Shown here one piece after another: positions 49,841 through 59,873 of a stretch of 62,871 bases of DNA. How positions within the stretch are numbered: the stretch's first letter is position 1; each line of letters opens with the position of its first letter. The stretch comes from Desulfobacteraceae bacterium (GTDB lineage Bacteria; Desulfobacterota; Desulfobacteria; Desulfobacterales; Desulfobacteraceae). The translations under genes were made by a program, and so were the position numbers. The stretch spans positions 1-62,871 of the forward strand of contig JAWOEJ010000291.1 of the NCBI GenBank assembly GCA_046482845.1, given 5' to 3'. Below the pieces are notes generated by a model. The model was not told the DNA's origin. It searched no databases and saw only the letters and a list, made by a program, of their open reading frames with translations.

Positions 49841-50713
49841 TTATTTTTTTACTAATTTTGCCACCCTGTTATGTCCTGAAAGATCTTTAATATAAATCAC
49901 AGGCTCATATTTAAGGGTTTTTTCTGCCAGTTCTTCCACCCTTTTTTTTTGATCAAATCCTGTTTCCAGAAGAAGCACCCCCTTTGACCTGAGATAAAAA
50001 CAGGCTGTTTCAATAATTTTTCTGATACAGCAGAGGCCGTCCGCCCCTCCGTCAAGGGCAAGTCTTGGCTCATAAAGCCGGATTTCAGGTTCAAGCTGAT
50101 CAATGGCGGTGGAGGGAATATACGGGGGATTTGAAACAATCAGATCAAAATACGGTATTTTTTTAAAACAGGAAAACCATGATCCGGTTGCCAGGGCCAG
50201 CATTCCCTTTTTTATTTCGTTTTTTCCATTTTCAGCGGCCAGTGCAGCCGCCTTTTGAGAAATATCAACCCCAAAACAGGTGCAGTTGAATCCGGCTCTG
50301 GCAATGGAAAGAATAACTGCGCCGGACCCTACCCCCAGCTCAAGCACGTTCTGGTTTCCTGACGGGTTAAGCTGGGCAATTGCCGTTTCAACCAGGGCCT
50401 CAGTATCCGGCCGGGGGATTAAAACATCGGAGCTGACAGTGTAGTCGGAGAGATAAAATCCCTTTCTGCCCGTTATATACGCCACAGGCTCTTTTTTGAT
50501 CCGCCGTTGTATCAGTGTCTTATACAGGGCCAGCTCATCGGACTGCAGGGGTCGGTCATGCTGAAGATAAAGATCCAGCCGCCTTAATCCCAGGGCATGA
50601 CCCAAAAGCATTTCTGCTGCCAGCCGGCTGCTCTCTATATTCCGGGATTTAAAATAATCAGCTGTCCAGGATAGAATTTTCTGAATTGTCCAGGCCGGGC
50701 CTTCAGATGCCAT
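49841..50713 (-). CDS. prmC: Release-factor glutamine N5-methyltransferase
   Basis: LELGVGSGA (SAM motif) and the NPPY catalytic motif (SNPPYIP). It follows prfA. Confidence 0.9.
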   Translation of the reverse strand: MASEGPAWTIQKILSWTADYFKSRNIESSRLAAEMLLGHALGLRRLDLYLQHDRPLQSDELALYKTLIQRRIKKEPVAYITGRKGFYLSDYTVSSDVLIPRPDTEALVETAIAQLNPSGNQNVLELGVGSGAVILSIARAGFNCTCFGVDISQKAAALAAENGKNEIKKGMLALATGSWFSCFKKIPYFDLIVSNPPYIPSTAIDQLEPEIRLYEPRLALDGGADGLCCIRKIIETACFYLRSKGVLLLETGFDQKKRVEELAEKTLKYEPVIYIKDLSGHNRVAKLVKK

Positions 50714-50717
50714 CTGT

Positions 50718-51782
50718 CTAATCTGCCGCCTTCAAGGCTCTGGCCTGGCTGTCGGTTTTCAGTTCATCAATAATACTTTGAATGTCACCTTCCATGATAC
50801 TGTCAAGCCTGTAAAGGGTCAAATTGATCCTGTGATCTGTCATGCGGCCCTGGGGGAAATTATAGGTTCGGATTCTTCCGCTTCTGTCCCCGGACCCCAC
50901 CTGATCCTTACGCTGGGCAGCCCGCCTGGCATCCTGCTCCTTGACCATGGCATCCAGAATACGGGCCTTTAAAACCCGCATGGCCTTGAGTTTGTTTTTG
51001 ATCTGGGATTTCTCGTCCTGGCAGGTGGCGACCATGCCGGTGGGCAGATGGGTCAGCCGCACGGCAGAATCTGTGGTGTTGACGGACTGGCCGCCGGGAC
51101 CGGACGCCCGGAAAACATCCACCTTGATATCCGCGGGGTTTACATCAACCTCCACATCCTCGGCTTCGGGAAGCACAGCAACAGTGACAGCAGAGGTATG
51201 GACCCGGCCCTGGGTTTCTGTCTCAGGAACCCGTTGAACACGGTGGGTGCCGCTTTCAAACTTAAAAGCGGAAAACGCCCCCCTTCCCTTTACCAGGGCA
51301 ATTACTTCCTTGAACCCGCCCGAGGCCGCATAACTGACGTCAAGGATCTCCACCTGCCAGGACATGTGCTCAGCATATTTTGAATACATCCTGAAAAGAT
51401 CCGATGCAAACAAAGCCGCCTCTTCACCGCCTGTCCCCGCCCTGATCTCAAGGATAATATTTTTGCCATCCCTGGGATCCTTTGGCATCAGCATAAGTTT
51501 TAATTCAGAAAGCAGTTTTTCTTTTTTCTTTTCAAGAACAGCAATATCCTCCCTGGCCATCTCCCTTATGTCAGGATCTTCATCCCTGATCAGCTCATGG
51601 GAATTTTCAAGTTCACGCTCTATATCCTGATAGGCATCAAAGGATGCAACGATTCTGCTCAACTCGCCGTGCTCCTTGATATACTTCTGATACTTTACCT
51701 GATCATTGATCACGTCAGGATCGCTGAGAAGCTGCTCAAGCTTTATATACCGTTCTTTTATGCCCTGAAGTTTACTTATCAT
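50718..51782 (-). CDS. prfA: Peptide chain release factor 1
   Basis: 354 aa with a PET tripeptide region and GGQ ([16 protein letters not shown]). Confidence 0.97.
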   Translation of the reverse strand: MISKLQGIKERYIKLEQLLSDPDVINDQVKYQKYIKEHGELSRIVASFDAYQDIERELENSHELIRDEDPDIREMAREDIAVLEKKKEKLLSELKLMLMPKDPRDGKNIILEIRAGTGGEEAALFASDLFRMYSKYAEHMSWQVEILDVSYAASGGFKEVIALVKGRGAFSAFKFESGTHRVQRVPETETQGRVHTSAVTVAVLPEAEDVEVDVNPADIKVDVFRASGPGGQSVNTTDSAVRLTHLPTGMVATCQDEKSQIKNKLKAMRVLKARILDAMVKEQDARRAAQRKDQVGSGDRSGRIRTYNFPQGRMTDHRINLTLYRLDSIMEGDIQSIIDELKTDSQARALKAAD

Positions 51783-51848
51783 GGTTTCATAAATCTCAAA
51801 AAGGAAACCCCGTAAAAGAGATTTCCCTTTTTTCTTTTTATACTGCTG

Positions 51849-52085
51849 CTATTTTTTTTTCTTTTCCGCTGCTGCCTTAACCGCATCAAACCCGGCATAT
51901 TTCCTTTTAAACCGGTCAATTCTTCCTGCAGTATCCACAAGCTTCTGCTTTCCGGTAAAAAACGGATGACACTTTGAGCAGATCTCAACTTTAACCTCTT
52001 TTTTTGTGGACCCTACCGTGATTTTATTCCCGCATGCACAAGTGGCCTCAACTGTTTGATATTCAGGATGTATACCCTTTTTCAT
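51849..52085 (-). CDS. rpmE: 50S ribosomal protein L31 (zinc-binding type)
   Basis: [23 protein letters not shown]. Confidence 0.95.
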   Translation of the reverse strand: MKKGIHPEYQTVEATCACGNKITVGSTKKEVKVEICSKCHPFFTGKQKLVDTAGRIDRFKRKYAGFDAVKAAAEKKKK

Positions 52086-52117
52086 ACCTTTAACTCCTTA
52101 TTGTATATTTTTTTATC

Positions 52118-53365
52118 CTAGGAATTCATTGAATCCAAAAACTCTTTATTATCCTCTGTTCCTGAAATTTTTTCAAGTAAAAAAGACATGCTGTCTATGG
52201 AATTTAAACTTGACAGCAGTTTTCTCAAAATCCAGATGCGGTTTAACACCATGGGATCCATGAGAAGCTCCTCTTTTCTTGTACCGGACTTGTTAATGTC
52301 TATGGCCGGGAAAATTCTTCTATTGGCCAGCTTCCTGTCCAGAACAAGCTCCATATTTCCTGTTCCCTTGAACTCTTCAAAAATCACCTCGTCCATACGG
52401 CTCCCGGTCTCAATCAGCGCCGTGGCGATAATGGTAAGGCTGCCGCCCTCCTCAATATTCCTGGCAGCGCCGAAAAACCGTTTGGGACGGTCCAGGGCAT
52501 TTGAGTCCACCCCGCCGGAAAGGATCTTGCCCGAAGGCGGCATCACGGCATTGTAGGCACGTGCCAGGCGGGTGATGCTGTCCAGAAGAATAACAACGTC
52601 GTGACCCTGCTCCACCATTCTCTTGGCTTTTTCAATGACCATTTCAGCCACCTGGACATGGCGTTCTGCCGGCTCGTCAAAGGTGGAACTTATTACCTCG
52701 GCATCCACGGACCGATCCATATCCGTGACTTCTTCCGGCCGTTCATCAATGAGAAGAATCATGGGAATTATATCTTTGTGGGCTGCAATCATACTGTTGG
52801 CAACACTCTTCAACAGCATGGTCTTTCCTGATCGGGGCGGGGATACAATAAGCCCCCGCTGGCCGAACCCGATGGGCGCCATCATATCAATAATACGCGT
52901 GGAATAATCGTCAGCAATACCCTCAATATTCATTTTCCGGTCCGGGTACAAGGGGGTAAGATTATCAAAAAGAATGGTCTCGGCGGCAAGTTCAGGATTC
53001 TCATAATTCACAGCCTCAACTTTCAAAAGAGCAAAATAACGTTCTGAATCTTTGGGCTGCCTGACCTGGCCCGACAAGGTATCCCCTGTTCTCAGATTGA
53101 ACCGCCTGATCTGTGACGGGGAAACATAAATATCATCCGGACCTGGAAGATAGTTATAATCAGGTGACCTTAAAAACCCGAATCCGTCAGGAAGAATTTC
53201 CAGGGTCCCCTCACCATAGATCTGACCGCTTTGCTCAATGGCCGTCTGAAGAAGGGCAAAAATAAGCTCCTGCTTTTTTACCCCGCCAAACCCCTTAAGT
53301 TTATACTTTTTGGCAAGCTGGGTCAGCTCACTCATCTTCATTCTCTGCAATTCTTCAAGATTCAT
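52118..53365 (-). CDS. rho: Transcription termination factor Rho
   Basis: N-terminal RNA-binding domain plus a RecA-type ATPase ([10 protein letters not shown]). The start is set at the ATG at 53365 (MNLEELQ), giving 415 aa. Confidence 0.96.
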   Translation of the reverse strand: MNLEELQRMKMSELTQLAKKYKLKGFGGVKKQELIFALLQTAIEQSGQIYGEGTLEILPDGFGFLRSPDYNYLPGPDDIYVSPSQIRRFNLRTGDTLSGQVRQPKDSERYFALLKVEAVNYENPELAAETILFDNLTPLYPDRKMNIEGIADDYSTRIIDMMAPIGFGQRGLIVSPPRSGKTMLLKSVANSMIAAHKDIIPMILLIDERPEEVTDMDRSVDAEVISSTFDEPAERHVQVAEMVIEKAKRMVEQGHDVVILLDSITRLARAYNAVMPPSGKILSGGVDSNALDRPKRFFGAARNIEEGGSLTIIATALIETGSRMDEVIFEEFKGTGNMELVLDRKLANRRIFPAIDINKSGTRKEELLMDPMVLNRIWILRKLLSSLNSIDSMSFLLEKISGTEDNKEFLDSMNS

Positions 53366-53470
53366 GGAAATATTCCCCGTTAAAATAATTTTTTTCAGCA
53401 TGCGCCCCAACAATCAGCATGCACCACAACAAAAGGTCCTGCCTTCCTGGGGACACACAAAATCATTGAT

Positions 53471-53640
53471 ACTCGATAATCAAGATTTTTTCATGTGAGG
53501 TGTCAGGCCTGCGTTACTGGCATTATCTGTGCCGTCCCAGGTTCACAACGGCTGTGGTTGATAACGTCAATAACGCAGGCCTGACAATGTTCTCCTGAAA
53601 CCAGGCACAAGAACCAGACACAAGAAATTGATCATCAAGT
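53471..53640. repeat. ~170-bp TIR element (MITE-like), copy B
   Basis: ACTCGATAATCAAGATTTTTTCATGTGAGGTGTCAGGCCTGCGTTACTGGCATTATCTGTGCCGTCCC.. aligns with 23283-23438. It carries one extra sub-terminal ACCAGrCACAAGA unit. It lies in the rho upstream region. Confidence 0.88.
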
Positions 53641-54300
53641 GATAGTAAGTCATTCTTTTTTTTATAAAATGGGATCATTAAACTTAATTGATCTGTTATC
53701 CGGCGGCATTGAGCTATTCCCTGAGGGCACGGTGACAGGATGCCTGTGTACTGCGAAGCAATATTGATCTGAGTATATAATTGTACATATTCAATTAATT
53801 TTGGTTCCAGGATTTTAGTTCATAAAAGTCATGTTTTTTTATGCAATTAAAAGATATATTTTTCTGATATTGCACCTTGATAAAAAGGGTCAGGACCATC
53901 TGCTTCTTTGTGATGCCCGCCAGGGAACCCGGGGCTGAAAAAGTTGACAGACGCTGTTGACTTCCCATACTTGCTGTGAGCCGACGGCCCGGTGGCTGAT
54001 GTACAACCCTGAGCTGATGTGACACCTGAGCAGATAAAAAAAGAGGAAGGCTCTTAAGCATTCCTGCTCAGCGCCCATACATTCCACTATCTTGTTTATC
54101 AAAAGATACGGACTAAGTTACGGCCCTGACGGCTGTAAGGAGATACTGATTCAGCAGATGAGTAAACATTTAAAAATCAATTTTAAAACAATTTTTCCAG
54201 GCTGTCAAGCAGGAATCAGCAAATCCGATACAACCTTACCAAATTGCGGCAGCTCCATACAAAAAGATTTCTGATTGAGTGTTCAAATCGCTTTGAAACT

Positions 54301-54921
54301 TTATACCAGAGCCCCTGCAGACGTCAGGCTGAAAATCAATTCATCCGCAGCCCTGTACAATTCATCCATTGTTCCGGTATTCCAGAGGACGGCATCAGCT
54401 TTTTCTATTTTTTTTTCCTGGGACATGTGCAGCGCAATAAGATCTTTGGCCTGTTTTTCAGTTACAGAATCCCGGCAGGCAATCCGCTTTACCCTGTCCC
54501 CCATCTCAGCTGCCACTGTAATTGAAAAATCAAATTTTTTTTCAAGTCCCAGTTCAAACAGCAGAGGAACTTCAGCCGCAACCAGGGACGGGGTCGTCTC
54601 AACAGCAGAATCTATCTGCCGGAGAAGCTCTTCAAGAACAGCCGGCTGAACAATTTCTTCAAGCTTTTTTCTATCCTGACTGCTGCGGGCTATCCTTGTG
54701 CGCAGATATTTTCTGTCCAGATGACCTGAGGGCAGAACAATGTTTTGGCCAAACAGGGCCACAAGTTTTTCATGGGCAGGGGCTTTTGGCAGAACCACCT
54801 GCCTTGCAATGTCATCGCAACTGACAACAGGCAGACCACAGGCTGAAAAACGACCGCAGACAAGGCTCTTTCCAGACCCTGCCGATCCTGTTATACCGAT
54901 TTTCAATATTTTTTTTTTCAT
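54301..54921 (-). CDS. coaE: Dephospho-CoA kinase
   Basis: 206 aa with GITGSAGSGKS (P-loop) and CoaE-like length and order. Confidence 0.9.
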   Translation of the reverse strand: MKKKILKIGITGSAGSGKSLVCGRFSACGLPVVSCDDIARQVVLPKAPAHEKLVALFGQNIVLPSGHLDRKYLRTRIARSSQDRKKLEEIVQPAVLEELLRQIDSAVETTPSLVAAEVPLLFELGLEKKFDFSITVAAEMGDRVKRIACRDSVTEKQAKDLIALHMSQEKKIEKADAVLWNTGTMDELYRAADELIFSLTSAGALV

Positions 54922-54949
54922 AATATTTATCTTTTAAATACAGCAACCC

Positions 54950-54976
54950 TTGACATTCTTCAACCACTTTTATAAT
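54950..54976 (+). promoter_or_regulatory. Candidate sigma70-type promoter upstream of adk
   Basis: TTGACA (54950-54955) and TATAAT (54971-54976), both consensus hexamers. The spacer is only 15 nt. Confidence 0.4.
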
Positions 54977-55080
54977 TTACATTGAATTTGATTTTTGCAG
55001 ACATCAGCTGTCAGTAACCATCACGGAAAAATTTGTAATTGTTTACTGATAACCGCGTACTGAAGGCTTTTATATAACGT

Positions 55081-55160
55081 CCATGCCTTGACAGGCACAA
55101 CAAAGCATGAAAGCTGTTAGCTGTTAGCTGAGTACTGGTGGCTGACGGCTGACGGCTTTC
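55081..55160 (+). repeat. Repeat modules plus a 22-bp G-U-rich hairpin in the adk 5' region
   Basis: 55081-55114 matches the reverse complement of 931-964. 55109-55160 contains 2 GTTAGCT units, GAGTACTG, 2 GCTGACG units and GCTTTC. It folds as 55109-55130 with 55139-55160 (16 Watson-Crick pairs plus 6 G-U). Confidence 0.82.
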
Positions 55161-55226
55161 AAATAAAAGAGGAACCGCCTCTTTGTTTATATGTATACAC
55201 CACTTTAAATCAAAAAGGAGTTAAAC

Positions 55227-55901
55227 ATGAACATTCTTTTTTTTGGACCAAACGGCAGTGGCAAGGGAACCCAGGGCACAATTCTAAAGGATAAATACAA
55301 TTGTGCGCATATTGAATCCGGTGCTATTTTCCGTGACAATATCAAAGGGGGAACTGAGCTGGGCAAAAAGGCAAAAGCCTATATTGACAGGGGCGACCTG
55401 GTACCTGACGAGATCACCATCCCCATGGTGCTTGACAGATTAAAACAGGATGACTGCAAAAACGGATGGCTCCTTGACGGATTTCCAAGGAACAAGGTAC
55501 AGGCTGAGAAACTCGACGCATCCCTTAAAGCGGAAGGACTTAAACTTGACTATGTCATTGAAATTCTGCTTGACCGCCAGATTGCAAAAAACAGAATCAT
55601 GGGACGGCGTTTGTGTGAAAATAACAACAACCACCCCAACAATATTTTTATTGACGCAATCAAACCTGACGGTGACAAATGCAGAGTTTGCGGTGGTGCA
55701 TTGACCAAAAGGGATGATGACCAGGATGAAGAAGCCATTGACAAACGTCACTCCATTTATTATGACACAGAAACCGGCACCCTTGCTGCGGCGTACTATT
55801 TCAGAGATATTGCAGAAAAGGATGCCTCGATGAAATACATTACCCTGGCCGGTGAAAAGGATCTCAAATCGGTAACGGATGAGCTGGTCTCAAAATTGTA
55901 G
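55227..55901 (+). CDS. adk: Adenylate kinase (long, metal-binding LID)
   Basis: GPNGSGKGTQ P-loop. The LID carries C130-X5-H136-X15-C152-X2-C155. Confidence 0.96.
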   Translation: MNILFFGPNGSGKGTQGTILKDKYNCAHIESGAIFRDNIKGGTELGKKAKAYIDRGDLVPDEITIPMVLDRLKQDDCKNGWLLDGFPRNKVQAEKLDASLKAEGLKLDYVIEILLDRQIAKNRIMGRRLCENNNNHPNNIFIDAIKPDGDKCRVCGGALTKRDDDQDEEAIDKRHSIYYDTETGTLAAAYYFRDIAEKDASMKYITLAGEKDLKSVTDELVSKL

Positions 55902-56055
55902 ACAGATCAGCCTGAACCGGGTCTGCCTGAACAGGAATTCACTGCTGTAAAACCAGCCATTGCTCAGGCAGATAAAAATAATTCAGGATTCATTTTTTGC
56001 TTGCCCTGAAACAATGACTCTGCTATGATTACTGATTAAAAAATAAACCATCCTT

Positions 56056-56283
56056 ATGATGGGCAAAAAAGGGGCGATATATTTGAAGGAAATCACAGTC
56101 AAAGTCATTGACAATGACGTTGAAAAAGCCATGAAGATTCTAAAAAAGAAAATTCAGAACGACGGGCTTTTTAAACGTCTTAAACTGAAAAAGCATTTTG
56201 AAAAACCCAGTCAGTTCAGACGGCGGAAAATGAGAGAAGCAATGAGAAGACAGCGCATTGCAAGTTCCCGGAAAAGTAGATAG
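56056..56283 (+). CDS. rpsU: 30S ribosomal protein S21
   Basis: ITVKVIDNDVEKAMKILKKKIQNDGLFKRLKLKKHFEKPSQFRRRK. The true start may be the in-frame TTG at 56083. Confidence 0.88.
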   Translation: MMGKKGAIYLKEITVKVIDNDVEKAMKILKKKIQNDGLFKRLKLKKHFEKPSQFRRRKMREAMRRQRIASSRKSR

Positions 56284-56396
56284 CAGGCCATACAGGCCGA
56301 TGTTCTGTTTCAGCCAAGAACCCGGCAGATGTCTTTTGATTATATTTATAAACACCTGTCGGGTTTTTAGGCTTCTCAGCAATAAAAGCCCTTTTT

Positions 56397-57692
56397 ATGA
56401 AAAAGATATCATACAACCAGTGCCTTAAAGAAATGTTCGCCCTTGGCCGTTTCGGCATCAAGCTTGAACTTTCAACCATACAGGGGATACTGAGCCGATT
56501 GGGGCTTGTTAGACCCACGTTCAAGGCTGTCCACCTGGCCGGAACCAACGGGAAAGGGTCCACCGCAGCCTACTGCGCTGATCTTTTAAGGCAGTCTGGC
56601 TTTAAAACAGGGCTTTACACCTCTCCCCATCTGATCAAATTCAATGAACGCTTTTCTATAAACGGCAAAGATGTGTCTGATCAGGATATTGTGGAAGCAT
56701 ACCTGGCAGTTAAAAAAGCAGATACAGGAGAGAGGCAGGCCACTTTTTTTGAAATTGCCACAGCCATTGGACTTTATCTGTTTCACCGGGAAAAGGTGGA
56801 CTGGGCGGTTATGGAAACCGGAATGGGAGGCAGACTGGATGCCACCAATATCCTGGAGCCCCAGGTAACGATTATCACCAATATTTCCATGGAACATACC
56901 GATTATCTGGGAACCACCATTGAAGCCATCACCCGGGAAAAAGGGGGGATAATCAAGGAAAACACCCCGGTCATCACAGCGATAAGGCAGAATGCCGCCC
57001 GTGATATCATCCGATCCATTGCCAGGGAAAAAGCTGCACCCCTTTATCAGCATCAAAGGGAGTTTAAAACCAGCATCCATAGCAATGGGCAGTTTTTTGA
57101 TTATCTGGGAATGAACCAAACATGGACAGGGCTTAAAACCGGTCTGGCCGGACAGCATCAGATGGAAAACGCTTCACTGGCCCTGGCCGCATTTGAACTT
57201 CTCATGGAGGATTCCGCTTTCAAGTCATCAAAACCACTGTCCCTGGAAAAAATAAGGGAGAGTATTTACACCACCCAGTGGCCGGGCCGTCTTGAATATA
57301 TAAAGGAATCCCCCATGGTTATCCTTGACGGTGCCCACAACCTTGAAGCTGCAGCCAGACTTGGCACTTATCTCAAAGACAATCTGTCGGATAAAAAAAT
57401 TACCCTGGTGATCGGAATTTTAAATGACAAGCCCTATAAAGAAATGCTTAAAAGCCTTGTTCCCCATGCTGACACCGTAATTGTCACCAAAGCTGAGATC
57501 GACAGAAGCCTTGATCCTGACATTTTAAAAAACACCGTTGAGACCCTGTCAGATAAAAAGCCCATTGTCATTGAAAAAGTGGCTGAAGCTGTGGAAACAG
57601 CAGTTAAAAACGCATCTGATCTTGATGCAGTCTGCATTGCAGGGTCCCTTTACGTTGCAGGAGAGGCAAGAAAAAAATTGTTAACCCTTTAA
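56397..57692 (+). CDS. folC: Bifunctional folylpolyglutamate synthase / dihydrofolate synthase
   Basis: 431 aa. Mur-ligase-type P-loop (HLAGTNGKGST) and FolC architecture. Confidence 0.92.
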   Translation: MKKISYNQCLKEMFALGRFGIKLELSTIQGILSRLGLVRPTFKAVHLAGTNGKGSTAAYCADLLRQSGFKTGLYTSPHLIKFNERFSINGKDVSDQDIVEAYLAVKKADTGERQATFFEIATAIGLYLFHREKVDWAVMETGMGGRLDATNILEPQVTIITNISMEHTDYLGTTIEAITREKGGIIKENTPVITAIRQNAARDIIRSIAREKAAPLYQHQREFKTSIHSNGQFFDYLGMNQTWTGLKTGLAGQHQMENASLALAAFELLMEDSAFKSSKPLSLEKIRESIYTTQWPGRLEYIKESPMVILDGAHNLEAAARLGTYLKDNLSDKKITLVIGILNDKPYKEMLKSLVPHADTVIVTKAEIDRSLDPDILKNTVETLSDKKPIVIEKVAEAVETAVKNASDLDAVCIAGSLYVAGEARKKLLTL

Positions 57693-57700
57693 AAATCTAT

Positions 57701-57776
57701 GCGCCCGTAGCCGAGTGGATAAGGCGTCAGCCTCCGAAGCTGAAGACCGCTGGTTCGATTCCAGCCGGGCGCACCA
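57701..57776 (+). tRNA. tRNA-Arg (CCG)
   Basis: GCGCCCGTAGCCGAGTGGATAAGGCGTCAGCCTCCGAAGCTGAAGACCGCTGGTTCGATTCCAGCCGGGCGCACCA. Anticodon stem TCAGC/GCTGA, loop CTCCGAA, and an encoded CCA. Confidence 0.93.
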
Positions 57777-57929
57777 GAAAAAATTCTGCCCCCTGTCTCA
57801 TTTCCCGAATAACGGCCATGAAATTATACTCCCGGCAAATAAATATAAAAACCGAACAAATGCGGTCCAATGCTTTTACTTCCAGATCTCCAAGACCGTT
57901 AAAAGGATTTCTGCAGCTGCAGAAAAATC

Positions 57930-59174
57930 ATGAATCCATCCAGACTTAAAATCGGCATGATCAGCTATAGAAGCAATCCCCACTGCGGGGGGCAGGGCGT
58001 GTATATCAGAAATTTAAGCCAGGCCCTGTCCGATCTCGGACATGAGGTAGAAGTCATTTCAGGACCGCAAGATCCCCTTTTAAACGCAAATTCAAAACTC
58101 ACCATGCTCAAAACACTGGACCTGTACAATCCTGATGATCTTTTCAGAACACCGAAAACACATGAGCTTAAAGAATTTATCAATCTTGTGGAATGGCTTG
58201 GCGTATCTACCATGGGGTATCCTGAGCCGCTGTGCTTTGGCATGCGGGCAAAACAATACCTTATGGATAAACTTGACCGCTATGATATCATCCATGACAA
58301 TCAGAGCCTTTCCTTTGGAATCCACGCCCTTTCCAAAAAGATCCCGGTTACCGCCACCATCCACCATCCCATTACCGTTGACAGGCGGATTGCCGTAAAA
58401 AGCACCCGGTCCTTTTTTAAAAAACTAAAGCATCTCAGGTGGTATTCTTTTATCGGCATGCAGAAATATGTGGCCAGGAGACTGCCGCAGATTATCACGG
58501 TTTCCAATTATTCAAAAAAGGATATTGCCGGGGAATTTTCAATACCTGAAACCAAATTCACCACCATCCCCATCGGCATAGACACCACAATTTTTTATCC
58601 CCTGGACAGAACAAAGCGTCAGCCTGACCGGCTAATCGTCACCAACAGTGCGGACACGCCCTTGAAGGGACTGTTTTATCTTCTCCATGCCGTTAAAAAA
58701 GTATCTGAAACACGGCCTGTGAGCTTGACAGTCATTGGCTCCCCCAGGGAAAACGGCGGAATTGAACGATTGATAAAAACCCTTGACCTGACAAACATTG
58801 TCCGTTTCACCGGAAGAATAGACAATGCCCGGTTCAGACAGGAATATGCAGCATCTGCCATTGCTGTGGTCCCTTCGGTTTATGAGGGGTTCGGCCTGCC
58901 CGTGGGCGAAGCCATGGCCTGCAGAATTCCTGTTATATCAACCACAGGCGGCGCCCTCCCAGAGGTGGCCGGGAATGCGGCAAAACTGGTTCCCCCGGCA
59001 GACTGCAATGCCCTTGCAGCGGCCATAACAGAACTGCTTGACGATCCAGAAGAACAGGAAAGACTGGCAGAAAAAGGGTATAACCGTGTTATGAGCCATT
59101 TTACCTGGGCCCGTACAGCTGAAGACACAGCCAGCGCCTACAGGAAAATCATCCATGATAACAATAGACCTTGA
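57930..59174 (+). CDS. Family 4 (GT-B) glycosyltransferase
   Basis: 414 aa with the C-terminal EX7E-type motif region (PSVYEGFGLPVGEAMACRIPVISTTGGALPEV). Confidence 0.88.
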   Translation: MNPSRLKIGMISYRSNPHCGGQGVYIRNLSQALSDLGHEVEVISGPQDPLLNANSKLTMLKTLDLYNPDDLFRTPKTHELKEFINLVEWLGVSTMGYPEPLCFGMRAKQYLMDKLDRYDIIHDNQSLSFGIHALSKKIPVTATIHHPITVDRRIAVKSTRSFFKKLKHLRWYSFIGMQKYVARRLPQIITVSNYSKKDIAGEFSIPETKFTTIPIGIDTTIFYPLDRTKRQPDRLIVTNSADTPLKGLFYLLHAVKKVSETRPVSLTVIGSPRENGGIERLIKTLDLTNIVRFTGRIDNARFRQEYAASAIAVVPSVYEGFGLPVGEAMACRIPVISTTGGALPEVAGNAAKLVPPADCNALAAAITELLDDPEEQERLAEKGYNRVMSHFTWARTAEDTASAYRKIIHDNNRP

Positions 59175-59868
59175 TTGTTTTGAAATCACACCCGGCGCCA
59201 GGGTCCTGGATATGGGATGCGGAGAAGGCCGGCATACCGCTGCTGTATTTGACCAGAAAAGAGGATTCTGCGTTGCCGCAGACAGGGACAAAAGCGCCCT
59301 CAAGGCCTGCAGACAAAAACTGGCATTCCATGAAACCGCCGCCGGCATAACCCATGCGGCCTGGGCCCCTGCCCTGACGGACATTACCTGTACCGGCTTT
59401 AAAACCAGTATCTTTGATATTGTCATATGCTCTGAAGTACTGGAGCACATTATTGACCATGAAAAAGCCATGTCCGAGCTGACAAGAATTTTAAAACCCG
59501 GGGGAATCCTTGCCGTTTCAGTACCCCGGTTCTGGCCGGAAAAGATATGCTGGCTGCTCTCAGATGCGTATTTTAATGTCAACCAGGGGCATGTCAGAAT
59601 TTATAAAAAAAAAGAACTCATACAAAAAATTGAACAAAACGGGCCAACGCTCTTTAAGGCTCACCACGCCCACAGCCTGCACTCCCCTTTCTGGTGGCTT
59701 AAATGCCTTGTGGGGCCGGCCCGGACAGATGCCAGATCCGTATCCCTCTACCACAGACTTCTGGTCTGGGATCTCATGAAAAAGCCTTTTTTAACAAGAT
59801 TTTTTGACAGACTGTTCAACCCTGTCCTTGGGAAAAGCCTGGTACTCTATTTTAAAAACAGATCATAA
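59155..59868 (+). CDS. Class I SAM-dependent methyltransferase (type 11-like)
   Basis: VLDMGCGEGRH (motif I) and LKPGGILAVSVP. It overlaps the glycosyltransferase gene by 20 nt. Confidence 0.85.
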   Translation: MITIDLDCFEITPGARVLDMGCGEGRHTAAVFDQKRGFCVAADRDKSALKACRQKLAFHETAAGITHAAWAPALTDITCTGFKTSIFDIVICSEVLEHIIDHEKAMSELTRILKPGGILAVSVPRFWPEKICWLLSDAYFNVNQGHVRIYKKKELIQKIEQNGPTLFKAHHAHSLHSPFWWLKCLVGPARTDARSVSLYHRLLVWDLMKKPFLTRFFDRLFNPVLGKSLVLYFKNRS

Positions 59869-59873
59869 CCTTT

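Noticed and set aside
53925-54075. tmRNA, SRP RNA or 6S RNA candidate, suggested by GGGGCTGA at about 53931 and GGGTCAGGACC at about 53887
   Set aside because: I could not find a tRNA-like 3' end (TTCGA..CCA), a tag reading frame, an SRP domain IV motif (GGAAGCAGCC-type), or a long end-to-end helix.
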